From Hormiphora californensis (Eukaryota; Animalia; Ctenophora), in NCBI GenBank assembly GCA_020137815.1, contig CM035358.1, positions 8,060,250 to 8,124,249 of the forward strand: a stretch of 64,000 bases of DNA, written 5' to 3'. Position numbers and translations under genes: made by a program. The notes under the pieces were generated by a model. It saw only the letters and a list, made by a program, of their open reading frames with translations, had not been told where the DNA came from and did no database searches. Each line of letters opens with the position of its first letter. Within the stretch, counting starts at the first letter, position 1. Of the stretch, positions 1 to 10,057 are shown in pieces.

Positions 1-254
1 TCGAGGTGGCTCTAAAGACGGAAATTATTACGTTATGCCGTGAATTCCACAGTCAAGTCTCAACGGTGTTTTCGGTGGTCCACCCCTCTGCTGTATCCTA
101 AAACAACCATTATTACCAGGTAACAAGAAAGAACATGTTTATTTGTCTCATGTTCCTGACTAATTATTCTTATTTATTGCCAACACTACATGATGCATAG
201 GGCCTAGCCCTTTGTACACTCTCACCCTGTGTGATGTGAGCCATAGAAAGTATG

Positions 255-410
255 GACAGGGTGGAGAGAGTGGGGAGAGAAAAATGGAGAGCTGAGAGGG
301 TGGAGAGAGAATGGAGTGAGAAAAATGGAGAGCTGAGAGGGTAGAGAGAGAGAGAGAGAGAATAGAGAGAAAATGGAGAGCTGAGATGGTGGAGAGAGAA
401 TGGAGGATGG
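255..410. repeat. GA-rich minisatellite (AAAATGGAGAGCTGAG-type units)
   Basis: Three imperfect copies of aaaatggagagctgaga plus GA tracts. Confidence 0.7.
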
Positions 411-597
411 ATTTATTTTGTAAATTTGTAACCCTCCCCTCGATTTCTTGATTCTCGGGCGAATTCTAACCCTCACTCCTTCCCCAGGCATTTTAGTGAT
501 ATCGGGATGGCTAATGTTGGATTCAGTTTCAAACCTCTATCGATTACAGTATTCTTCATATTTGGTAAGAAAACGCTCTCATTAATAACAATTATTG

Positions 598-1226
598 GGG
601 TGTGCACAGACTGCCCAAGCTTGACCATGCCCATATGTGGGCAAGATTTTGACCAAGTCGCACAGACTGACCAAACTTGGTCATTTGACCAAGCTTGGAG
701 GGTAAAAACTGAAACTAATTCAGTACATAATGACCCCATTTACAACTTTTCACCTGGAAATGATAGATGCTTATGTGAGGGCACTTTTCCGACTAATTAA
801 GATACGCTGAATCACGTAAGCAACTTTTCCAGAGGTCGATAAAGTGCCCCAATGAAGTATAATTGGCCTTAATTGTTGAATTAAGGTACTTTCCCGACCT
901 CTGAGGGATTGTAAAGGTCGCTTACGTGATTCACCGTATAGTTGGAATAGTGCCCTCGCATAAGCATCTATTTTTTCCAGGCGAAAAGTTGTAAATGGGG
1001 TCATTAAGACCCAAATATACTCAATTAGGACACTTTTCCGATCTCGGCCGGATTGGAAAAGTTGCTAACGTTGTTCAGCGTTTCAAAATTAGTCGGGTTC
1101 AGTAGTTTTCGATATGTTATGAATTAGTTTCAGTTTTTACTCTCCAAGCTTGGTCAAATGACCAAGTTTGGTCAAAATCTTGCCCACATATGGGCATGGT
1201 CAAGCATGGGGAGTCTGTGCACGCCC
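598..1226. mobile_element. Non-autonomous DNA transposon (MITE) with long imperfect TIRs
   Basis: gggtgtgcacagact...aaactgaaactaattca (598-722) is the reverse complement of ~1120-1226; inner inverted pair taatgaccccatttacaactttt (728-750) / aaaagttgtaaatggggtcatta (~984-1006). Confidence 0.75.
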
Positions 1227-1347
1227 TTGGCCGAATGCTACTGCCTACCCTTCCCTATTAGAGAATCTATTATCACACTCACTGGTCCTTCCCCTTCCTC
1301 TTTTCCTGTCCTTCTTGTGTTAGTCGTAAAATTATCACAGTGAAATA

Positions 1348-1508
1348 CAGGGTGGACCAGAACCACGGATTGTTAGGAAAAGGTGATCGCAATCCTCAGG
1401 GACACTTTCTCCACTTTTTCTAATCAATAGACCGTGAAAATTACACAGTAGATAGGAGAACGAAACACTAGTTATCACAAAGTGGATCCATCTTTCTAGC
1501 CCACCCTG
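1348..1508. mobile_element. Short Tc1/mariner-type MITE
   Basis: TA-CAGGGTGG ... CCACCCTG-TA termini with TA duplication. Confidence 0.6.
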
Positions 1509-1516
1509 TAGTTATT

Positions 1517-1710
1517 TTCTGAGCGGTAAGCAGTAAGTGTTGCCTTGATTTCGACACAATTTTTTACAAATTTGGTCATAACTCCTCCATTTCTTGGCCA
1601 AATTGTAGAATCTTGGGCCCAAGATTTTACAATTTGGCCTAGAAATGGATGGATAAAACTGTAAAAATTGTGTCCAAATTAAGGCAAAACTTACCGCTTA
1701 CCGCTCAGAA
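1517..1710. mobile_element. Palindromic MITE
   Basis: ttctgagcggtaagc... / ...gcttaccgctcagaa; imperfect palindrome over the whole length. Confidence 0.7.
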
Positions 1711-1813
1711 TAGGTAGGGTGCTTTATTACAAGTGATATCATTCTCTCCCCCCCTCTCTCTGTCCTCTCTCTGCCCCTTCTCTATTATTCTCACAACAAA
1801 TTAATTCTCTCAG

Positions 1814-1982
1814 GAAAGATCATGACAGACTATCACTTGGACGTGTAGCAATATCTGGATTTAAAGGCCGTGAGAGAAGATTGAAGAGGGCATCTAATCC
1901 TGGAAGTTGGAACTGGGAAGAGTTTCTTAAAAGAGAGAGGTGCAGGTGTGAACTTTGTGACTCTACTGTTTACAGGGAGTGA
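1814..1982 (+). CDS. Possible terminal exon of an unidentified upstream gene
   Basis: ctctcag acceptor followed by open frame KDHDRLSLGRVAISGFKGRERRLKRASNPGSWNWEEFLKRERCRCELCDSTVYRE-stop; candidate donor cag/gtaac at 119. Confidence 0.3.
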
Positions 1983-2183
1983 TTATCCGATATGATGCTT
2001 TTGTAGTGTTCTATTATCCCGGAATCTTGTATGTGTAACTGTAACGTCTGAGCGTGTGTAAAATCGATTTGTTATTGTTATTGCTATATTGGGAACTCTT
2101 TTTCATAAACACATACAAAGAAAATTGTCGTTGAATCATCAAAAACATCGATATCTCACTCTATAATATATTCCTATCTTTCT

Positions 2184-2532
<349 letters not shown>

Positions 2533-2870
2533 GATCACGCCACACTTTATCTGAAAAATATATTATTTGATCGCTAATTGTGTACAATGTTACAGCTGCA
2601 GCTGTTGTGTGTACAAGGGTCGGGTACTAGAATGTTGATCGTACAACTCCTAACACATGACAGTAACGTGACTTCATTATACCATATTTGGTCATCACCT
2701 GATGCGTTCTATCCCTTCCCGCCACTTACTTTGTGGAAGGGGCCGCGCGGCAGGTTTGCGCGCAACGCGTTGCAACGAAGGGTTCTTCGCGCGAAATTGA
2801 ACCCTTCCGACGCGCAAATCCAAATCGCGCGGCTTTTTAAAAAACGACACTCATTAAAAATTCGACTTTA

Positions 2871-2913
2871 AAGTCCATTTTTATTCAACTGTTCACCCCT
2901 CAACTCGTGCGCG
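2871..2913. mobile_element. Left arm of a small TIR element split by the LINE insertion
   Basis: gtccatttttattcaactgttcacccctcaactcgtgcgcg is the near reverse complement of 16389-16432; TA on both outer sides. Confidence 0.65.
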
Positions 2914-2970
2914 TGCGATATCTTAATTTACGCTACGCGCGCTACACGTTAACATGTGATAAACTTTCAT

Positions 2971-3040
2971 CAACTACAACGTAACTACAACGTAACTACA
3001 ACGTAACTACAACGTAACTACAACTACAACTACAACGTAA
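2971..3040 (+). repeat. 11-bp tandem repeat in LINE 5' UTR
   Basis: (aactacaacgt)n visible. Confidence 0.9.
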
Positions 3041-3089
3041 AACTATTTATTGAGGTTGTCGTGAGGCACCTCAATTCCCCTTGTAGAAG

Positions 3090-4265
3090 ATGACACTGAC
3101 GAGAGGGGCGGCTGCAGAGCTAGCAGATGCGGAGAAGATGTGCTGCCTACTATGTAAAACGCCAAGAGATCCTGCGGACCCACCCATACCCCGGGATGTG
3201 AGTAAACTCGTGGGATTGTGCTGGCTGTGCCCCCCTTGTTTTGGTTCGGTGGACACTGGGAAGGTTAAGGAGTCGGGGCTGACGGGGGCTAGCGGGGACG
3301 AGATTGCTCGATGTGTTGTGAGTGAGCTTGGGAAAACAGCTGCTCCTATTCCGATGGATGAACAACTGCAGGCTTTTAAAAATGACATTCTAGAAACGAT
3401 GAACTGCACTATGAAGGCATTTATGGACAAATTTAACAATAGTCCTGTTACTACCTGTGCACCTAAACCTGCTAATTCTCACTCTCCATACGCAGCTGCT
3501 CTTAATAAACCTGTAACTACTGCTAAACTAACTGTAACTGGTAACTCTGATGTGCTACAATCCACCAACAGCCTGCTAACTAAAACACCAACGACTTACC
3601 GCAGAACGAACACTGATGGCTCTGTTGTGTATGGTTTTAAAACTGCAGCAGATCTTACACGGGCTACAGAGAAGATTAACTCGGCTAACACGGGGGTGAA
3701 GCTGGAGGAGTATGTTTCTAAGCCGCTGGTGACGATTCGAAACGCAGAAGTTTCTTTCATTCCAAGTGATGTGGTTGACAAGAAAATAACTGATGAGCTG
3801 ATTATTGATTCGATTAAAGTGCTAAATAGCGATATTGCTGAGGCGCTAGATAAGAGTGAGACAATGGAAGTGATATTCTTTCAGCGTCACCGGCAGAGAC
3901 CTGACCTTGCCACTGTTGGGCTAAGGGTCACTCGTCCGCTGAGTGAACTCTTGCTTAACAAGGGGCATATTCATTTGGGTCACTTCCTCTGCCCGGTTGA
4001 AAAGCGCTATTCAGTGAAGCAGTGTTTTAAGTGTCAGGGTTTTGGTCATGTTTTGAAAGAATGTAAAGCAGTCTCCCCAACGTGTTTTAGATGTGCGAGT
4101 CACGACCATTATGGTAGAGATTGTGATAAGAAAGCGAGAGAGTTTAGAAAGTGTTCTAACTGTGCTGAGTCGAGTAACCCCTTATTCAAATCAGGTGCCA
4201 TGTCCCACAACGCTGCTTCTATAGACTGTCCCGTTCTCCATCAACACGTAAAATCAAAAAACTAG
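3090..4265 (+). CDS. LINE ORF1 (N-terminal Cys motifs, C-terminal CCHC zinc knuckles)
   Basis: 391 aa; CLLC...WLCPPC; QCFKCQGFGHVLKEC, CFRCASHDHYGRDC, CSNC...H...C. Confidence 0.9.
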   Translation: MTLTRGAAAELADAEKMCCLLCKTPRDPADPPIPRDVSKLVGLCWLCPPCFGSVDTGKVKESGLTGASGDEIARCVVSELGKTAAPIPMDEQLQAFKNDILETMNCTMKAFMDKFNNSPVTTCAPKPANSHSPYAAALNKPVTTAKLTVTGNSDVLQSTNSLLTKTPTTYRRTNTDGSVVYGFKTAADLTRATEKINSANTGVKLEEYVSKPLVTIRNAEVSFIPSDVVDKKITDELIIDSIKVLNSDIAEALDKSETMEVIFFQRHRQRPDLATVGLRVTRPLSELLLNKGHIHLGHFLCPVEKRYSVKQCFKCQGFGHVLKECKAVSPTCFRCASHDHYGRDCDKKAREFRKCSNCAESSNPLFKSGAMSHNAASIDCPVLHQHVKSKN

Positions 4266-4267
4266 GA

Positions 4268-7177
4268 GTGCAAAGAAGGCGTCAGCTACGAATCGGACTG
4301 CTAAACTGCTTTTCGCTCCGCAACAAGACCCTCGACGTTCTAGAGATGGCATTGGACAATAACATTGATGTGCTCACCCTCACAGAGACCTGGATGAGGA
4401 AAGAAGACTTGGCAATCTGCTCTGAAATCCGAGAAGTATCCTTCAACGTTCTCCATACGCCCAGAGGTAGTAGAGGAGGAGGAGTGGCAACACTGACGAA
4501 GAGGAATATCTGCATGCGTAAAGTCAATGTGCAAAGAAAATTTCGGAGCTTTGAATGCCAAGAGGTTCTGCTGAAGCCACCTGCCAACTGTCGGATACTT
4601 GTTGTTTATCGTCCAGGAACAGCAGGTCAGTTCAACTCCTTTATTGAGGAATTTGAGGACCTGCTTGTGTCATTGACTGAGCAGCGCCACTGCAGTGTCA
4701 TCTGTGGAGATCTCAATATCCACATGGAGCGATCATCTGACCCACTTACGATTAGGTTCAAAACGCTACTTTCAGAGCTTGGTTGGGAGAATGCAGTTGA
4801 AGTTCCAACCCACAATAAGGGTGGGACTTTAGACCTCATATTGACTAAGGCTGATGAGTCATCTACAGCAGCTGTGAGGATTTCAGAAGTATCTGTTACT
4901 CCTCACCCTGCTGCACCGGATCACTACCTAGTAACCTGCCTCGCGGATCTACCCTCACCAAATACTGATCACTATATGATTCGAAGTGGACGAAACATCA
5001 GAGGAATTGACCGAGAGCTGCTAAAAGAAGAAATATTGTGTTCGGACCTCTGCGATGACTTACCAGATCAGTTGGAAGAATGCGTTGATCTGTACAACAA
5101 TACACTTGGAAGTATACTTGACAATCTGGCTCCCACCGAGGAAAAGAAAGTGAAGATAAGAACTGTCCCAAGATGGATGAAAAATGTCACCTGCCTGAGA
5201 GTGAGACGAATCCGCCGAGCTAAAGAGAGGAGATGGAAGTCGCGACTACTGAAATCGTGCAACGCCAGGGTTCTTACATCAGTCTTCATTGAATGGAAAG
5301 AAGCAAGCAAAGTTTCTGTAAAAACCCTCGAGGATGCAAGATCCAAGTACTACCAAGCTGAGTTTGAACGACTGCAGGGCAATGCAAAAGGGATGTACTC
5401 TGTGGTAAACGGACTCCTTGGAATTGAAAAATCTCCAACGACTCTACCATCTGATAAAGAAACAAGCCAGCTTGCACCTGAATTCAACGAGTACTTCAAA
5501 TCGAAAGTGACCAAGATCTACCAACAGATAGAGTCTCAATCCATTCCACCCCCTGCAGTCACCCCTCAGCCAGATAAACCAACAACAAAGTTCACTGCCT
5601 TTTCTCCAGTATCTGACGAAGAACTTCTAAAAATGATCAGGGAAATGAACAGGAAGCACTGCCAGCTTGACCCGATGCCAACATCCCTAATCATGGAGTG
5701 TCTACCAGAATTAATTCCTTCAATCTCCAAGATCGTGAATGATAGTCTCCTCACCGGTATCTTCCCACAGTCATTCAAAGAGGCAATAATCAGACCATCT
5801 TTCAAGGGAAAGGAGCTAGACCCTGAGGACCTCTCAAGTTATCGCCCTGTAAGCAATCTGTCGTTCATCTCCAAGGTAGTGGAGAAGGCTGTCAGTATCC
5901 AGCTCGTGGACTACCTCGAAGATAATGGCTTGTTTCCCTCTCATCAGTCAGCCTATCGCAAATTTCACTCCTGTGAAACAGCCACCCTGAAGATTGTGAA
6001 CGATCTGTTGATTCTATTGGACTCCAAATCAAAGACTATCCTTTTGTTACTGGACCTCAGTGCTGCTTTTGATACTGTGAAACACAGCCGACTCCTGATG
6101 AAGTTAGAGGATCAGTATGGGATCTCTGGCAACGCTTTGAAATGGTTTCAATCTTACCTACAGAGTAGATCAACATCTGTGCTACTGGAGAACAACCGAT
6201 CTGACACCCTGGAGGTTGAAATTGGAGTTCCTCAGGGCAGTATATTGGGACCCGTTCTCTTTGTGCTATACACCAGGGATCTTCAAGACATTGCTCGTGT
6301 CTACGATCTCAACATTCACCTTTTCGCTGATGACACGCAAATTTATGTGAGCTTTGATGAAAAAAACACGGATGACGTGTTCAGACGACTCCAGCGATGT
6401 TTCAAACACATTCAATGGTGGATGGGAGAGAACTTTTTAAAGTTAAACCCTTCAAAGACTGAAGTTCTAGTGCTGACCAACAAGGTGGACAAGTCATCCA
6501 TTCCAGAAACGTTATGTTTAGATCCTGACGAAGAAGACTTCAAAGTAGCAGAAACAGCAAGAAACCTAGGGATTTGGTTTGACTCCAAGCTGTCAATGAC
6601 TGAACACATTTCCAGGACTGTCCGCTCTTGCTGGGCCCAGCTTTCGAACCTGTGGAGAATCGGAAATAGGCTAAATCGGCAGACAAAGATCCAGTTGGTT
6701 CACACTCTGATCCATTCTCGCTTGGACTACGGAAATGCCTTACTGAAGCAAGCCTCGAAAAAAGATATAAACCGTCTACAGAAAGTCCAGAACAGTGCTG
6801 TCAGGTTCATCAACAACCACAGGAGACTACGAGGTGTAACGAAACTGAGGAGAGAACTACACTTTCTTCCAGTGAACGCTAGAATTGACTTCAAGATATT
6901 GTTATTGACCTACAAGTGCATCAATGGATTAGCACCTCTATATCTGCAAGATCTCATCACACCGAGGACACAGACTGGACGCAACCTTCGAAATGATAAT
7001 GATCTAACACTTCTCGAAAGATCTTTCTCTTCTAAGTACCGTCAAACCAGTGCTGCATTCAGTATAAGTGCCCCAAAGCTCTGGAATGGACTTCCTAGAG
7101 ACATCCGTGAATCATCAACTGTGGAAATGTTCAAAACTAGATTAAAGACTCATCTTTTTAGACTAGCGTACGAGTGA
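4268..7177 (+). CDS. LINE ORF2: AP-like endonuclease + reverse transcriptase
   Basis: LNCFSL, LTETW, GGGV, GDLN, TLDL, PDHY (APE); YRPVSNL, LDLSAAFD, GVPQGSILGP, FADD (RT); L2-type C-terminus LHFLPV...APKLWNGLP...FKTRLKTHLF; no ATG at the 5' end of the frame. Confidence 0.95.
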   Translation: MQRRRQLRIGLLNCFSLRNKTLDVLEMALDNNIDVLTLTETWMRKEDLAICSEIREVSFNVLHTPRGSRGGGVATLTKRNICMRKVNVQRKFRSFECQEVLLKPPANCRILVVYRPGTAGQFNSFIEEFEDLLVSLTEQRHCSVICGDLNIHMERSSDPLTIRFKTLLSELGWENAVEVPTHNKGGTLDLILTKADESSTAAVRISEVSVTPHPAAPDHYLVTCLADLPSPNTDHYMIRSGRNIRGIDRELLKEEILCSDLCDDLPDQLEECVDLYNNTLGSILDNLAPTEEKKVKIRTVPRWMKNVTCLRVRRIRRAKERRWKSRLLKSCNARVLTSVFIEWKEASKVSVKTLEDARSKYYQAEFERLQGNAKGMYSVVNGLLGIEKSPTTLPSDKETSQLAPEFNEYFKSKVTKIYQQIESQSIPPPAVTPQPDKPTTKFTAFSPVSDEELLKMIREMNRKHCQLDPMPTSLIMECLPELIPSISKIVNDSLLTGIFPQSFKEAIIRPSFKGKELDPEDLSSYRPVSNLSFISKVVEKAVSIQLVDYLEDNGLFPSHQSAYRKFHSCETATLKIVNDLLILLDSKSKTILLLLDLSAAFDTVKHSRLLMKLEDQYGISGNALKWFQSYLQSRSTSVLLENNRSDTLEVEIGVPQGSILGPVLFVLYTRDLQDIARVYDLNIHLFADDTQIYVSFDEKNTDDVFRRLQRCFKHIQWWMGENFLKLNPSKTEVLVLTNKVDKSSIPETLCLDPDEEDFKVAETARNLGIWFDSKLSMTEHISRTVRSCWAQLSNLWRIGNRLNRQTKIQLVHTLIHSRLDYGNALLKQASKKDINRLQKVQNSAVRFINNHRRLRGVTKLRRELHFLPVNARIDFKILLLTYKCINGLAPLYLQDLITPRTQTGRNLRNDNDLTLLERSFSSKYRQTSAAFSISAPKLWNGLPRDIRESSTVEMFKTRLKTHLFRLAYE

Positions 7178-7227
7178 ATAGTTGTTTTCGAACTTGTAAC
7201 TTGTGCTTTTTACCTCTTGATGTGATT

Positions 7228-7342
7228 TTTCTTGAATTGAGAGGTTAAATTGTAACATGAGTTTTCTACCTCATGACGTGTGACACTTCTTGAATTGAGA
7301 GGTTAAATTGTAACTTGAGTTTTCTACCTCATGACGTGTGAC
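7228..7342 (+). repeat. ~58-bp tandem duplication in LINE 3' UTR
   Basis: ttcttgaattgagaggttaaattgtaac...ctacctcatgacgtgtgac twice. Confidence 0.85.
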
Positions 7343-7483
7343 TTTCAACGTATATCTCCAATGCTGTATTGTGAACTTGTTTTTCTGAGTAGAGACTGAG
7401 TTGAGACTTTACTGAGACTTAACTGTTGGAGCTCTTATTTATTCTATGTCATGGAGTCACTTCTGTATCACTGTGTGTGGTGT

Positions 7484-8276
7484 TAGTAGAGTCGATAACT
7501 ACATCGACCTCTCCCAATTGTTCCAGTTTTTGTCACATCTGTTTGGAGCCTCGACACGACCTCTAAACAGGTGTTACTTTTTCACAAACTGTTTTCATCT
7601 TGGTGTAATCAGCAGTTGAAATGTTGCTAATCATAACAAAAACCTGACTAAATTTTTTCAACTTGGGGTAAAACCATGGGTGTCAAAAGTTAGCTCTAGG
7701 TCCCCTGAGTAACCATCCGGAGACTCTAAGAGATATTTCAAGCCGTTCTCCCGTAATCATTAATCCCGGTGGAGAAAAAAATACAATGCGGACGTACGTG
7801 AGCGCTGGCAGGCTGTTTACATGTTATTGTATGTCTCTCACTCTCTCTGGAAAAACCGCACGTGCGGTTGCGCCGCGCGAGATAACTCTTTCTCAAGGGG
7901 GAGAAAAGAGAGAGACGCACATTAACGTTATACATTAAAGTTGAGGTTGTAGGCAATTGCACGTACGTCCATACTCAAATATGTGCTCTACCGGGATTAA
8001 TGATTACAGGAGAACGGCTTGAAATATCTCTTAGAGTCTCCGGATGGTTACTCAGGGGACCTAGTGCTAACTTTTGACACCCATGGTTTTACCCCAAGTT
8101 GAAAAAATTTAGTCAGGTTTTTGTTATGATTAGCAACATTTCAACTGCTGATTACACCAAGATGAAAACAGTTTGTGAAAAAGTAACACCTGTTTAGAGG
8201 TCGTGTCGAGGCTCCAAACAGATGTGACAAAAACTGGAACAATTGGGAGAGGTCGATGTAGTTATCGACTCTACTA
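7484..8276. mobile_element. MITE with ~290-bp near-perfect TIRs inserted in the LINE 3' UTR
   Basis: tagtagagtcgataactacatcgacc...(7484-7773) mirrors 7987-8276; TSD either TA or TGT. Confidence 0.92.
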
Positions 8277-8788
8277 TGTGTAAGTAATGAATTTCTGAAT
8301 GAAATAGTATTTATATTGATTTTGACTGAGCATTTTACTGAGCATGGGTTAAGAACGAGTTACGAGTTCTGTGTGTATTTATGTTACGGATTTCATTCCA
8401 GTGTTTCTGAATCAGCCTGTCGTATAGAGTGTGGAGGACTAGGTTCTGTTAGGATCTTCTAGGTTTTACGACTAGACAGTAGTTCGTGTGTATGTGTTTC
8501 TAACTGTTTTTAAACAATTTTCTATATTTAACTAATCTAACTCTAATTTATTATCTCTGGCCAGTATCTATGCTTAACTTTTTATTCAATTATTCCAAGA
8601 CGACCGCTTTAGTCGCGGTGGAGAGATGTTCATACAACACTAGCCATTAGGTTTTTTAGTTGTTTCCTCCATTTATAACGCATAAAAGCGGTATATCAAA
8701 TGTATATTATTATTACTAGTAGGCCCGTTCGCCCTACGGGCGAATTTCGGGGAAATGGTAGCTTGATTAGGGAACGCTGACATCACCT

Positions 8789-8963
8789 TGTTATAGGTTC
8801 TATCACGCGTATATTCTCAGAGTATTATATATCGCAAGTTCTACTGATAACGATTCACTTCTGTACTTCTTATATTATACTTGTAACACTTCTTATTCTG
8901 TTACTGCACCACAAGTAACTAGTCGTCAAGTAGTAACCAAAACCACACATACGTTTTATAATA
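8789..8963 (+). repeat. 5' LTR
   Basis: TGTTATA...TATAATA, identical by eye to 15654-15828. Confidence 0.95.
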
Positions 8964-8992
8964 AGTGGAGCCTGAGTACTAAAACTCGTATA

Positions 8993-10057
8993 TTGTCTAA
9001 TCCTACCGATCCAACCGATCTTAAGGATCATCTTGCTCAGCTTTCTGTAAAACATCCCAATCTCAAGGATGAAATTACTGATTTGCTAAACAGAGAGCAA
9101 AACCCTACTGCTTCTATCACTAATGCATTAAATTTACTGTCATTTTCGAATCAACTTCCCATTTTTAAAAAGGGAGATGATTTCGTTATGCATTGTGAAA
9201 GATTTTCTGAGTACGTTGCACTTGTAAAGTTATCTTCTAGTCAACAGTTTCTTACTTTTCTGCAGTCCATCCAATGTGGTGAGACTTATATTGCTATTCG
9301 TAATGCTAAATTATCTTCCGAACAGAAGAATAATTATACTGAATTTCTGAAACTTGTTAAAGATCTACTGTTTGGCGATGAAAAGTTTCTACTACGAAAC
9401 CGCCTACTGGATTGTATCCAGATACCTTCTGAAACCATTTCGGAGTACTCCTACAGGTTACGCCAGACAGCATGTCTAGCATACCCTTCTGACGAGAAAT
9501 CAGCCGAAGACACTTGTCTTCTAATCTTTCTCAGGGGAATTCATGATGTCACAATCAAGAGGAAACTCAACGAGATAACGAATCTTGATTCTTTTACTGA
9601 TGCTATCCGACATGCTCAACGTTTGGAACGGGTCGCTCTGATGTTCCCTAAACCTACCCCTAGTCCGGTTGAGGAACAACTTTCTGGTGACACTACATAT
9701 CGAGAACCACAGGTAAGATCTCGTGTTCGTCGTGCTACTTCTGACTCAACGATATCGTCATATCACGATCACCGAAATTCTCGATCAAGACGTCGTTATC
9801 GTCACCATTCTGAATCAGATTCTTATCGGTATCGCCATGATGATTCGCACCATCATGACCACCACTACCGACCTAGAAGCAGATCACCATATCGTTCTAG
9901 ATTCAGTTCTGAAAACTCTTATGTTAATTATCCTGACCATCATCATCATGATCACAATGACCATTACCGTCATCGATCTCACTCAAGAGAAAGAGAAAGA
10001 TCAAGGTCACAAAATCATGATCACGATCAACTTCAACGAGACCACCATTTTCGTTGA
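8993..10057 (+). CDS. gag: Gypsy gag
   Basis: 354-aa frame after the PBS; capsid-like Q..SETISEYSYRL motif; R/S/H-rich C-terminus; TTG start in the track, first ATG only at codon 66. Confidence 0.8.
   Translation: MSNPTDPTDLKDHLAQLSVKHPNLKDEITDLLNREQNPTASITNALNLLSFSNQLPIFKKGDDFVMHCERFSEYVALVKLSSSQQFLTFLQSIQCGETYIAIRNAKLSSEQKNNYTEFLKLVKDLLFGDEKFLLRNRLLDCIQIPSETISEYSYRLRQTACLAYPSDEKSAEDTCLLIFLRGIHDVTIKRKLNEITNLDSFTDAIRHAQRLERVALMFPKPTPSPVEEQLSGDTTYREPQVRSRVRRATSDSTISSYHDHRNSRSRRRYRHHSESDSYRYRHDDSHHHDHHYRPRSRSPYRSRFSSENSYVNYPDHHHHDHNDHYRHRSHSRERERSRSQNHDHDQLQRDHHFR

Larger units (their letters stand above)
2941..8715 (+). mobile_element. Full-length L2/CR1-group non-LTR retrotransposon (tail continues at 16358-16371)
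   Basis: 5' UTR with (AACTACAACGT)n, ORF1, APE-RT ORF2, long 3' UTR ending in (TTA)n; 5' boundary approximate. Confidence 0.9.
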
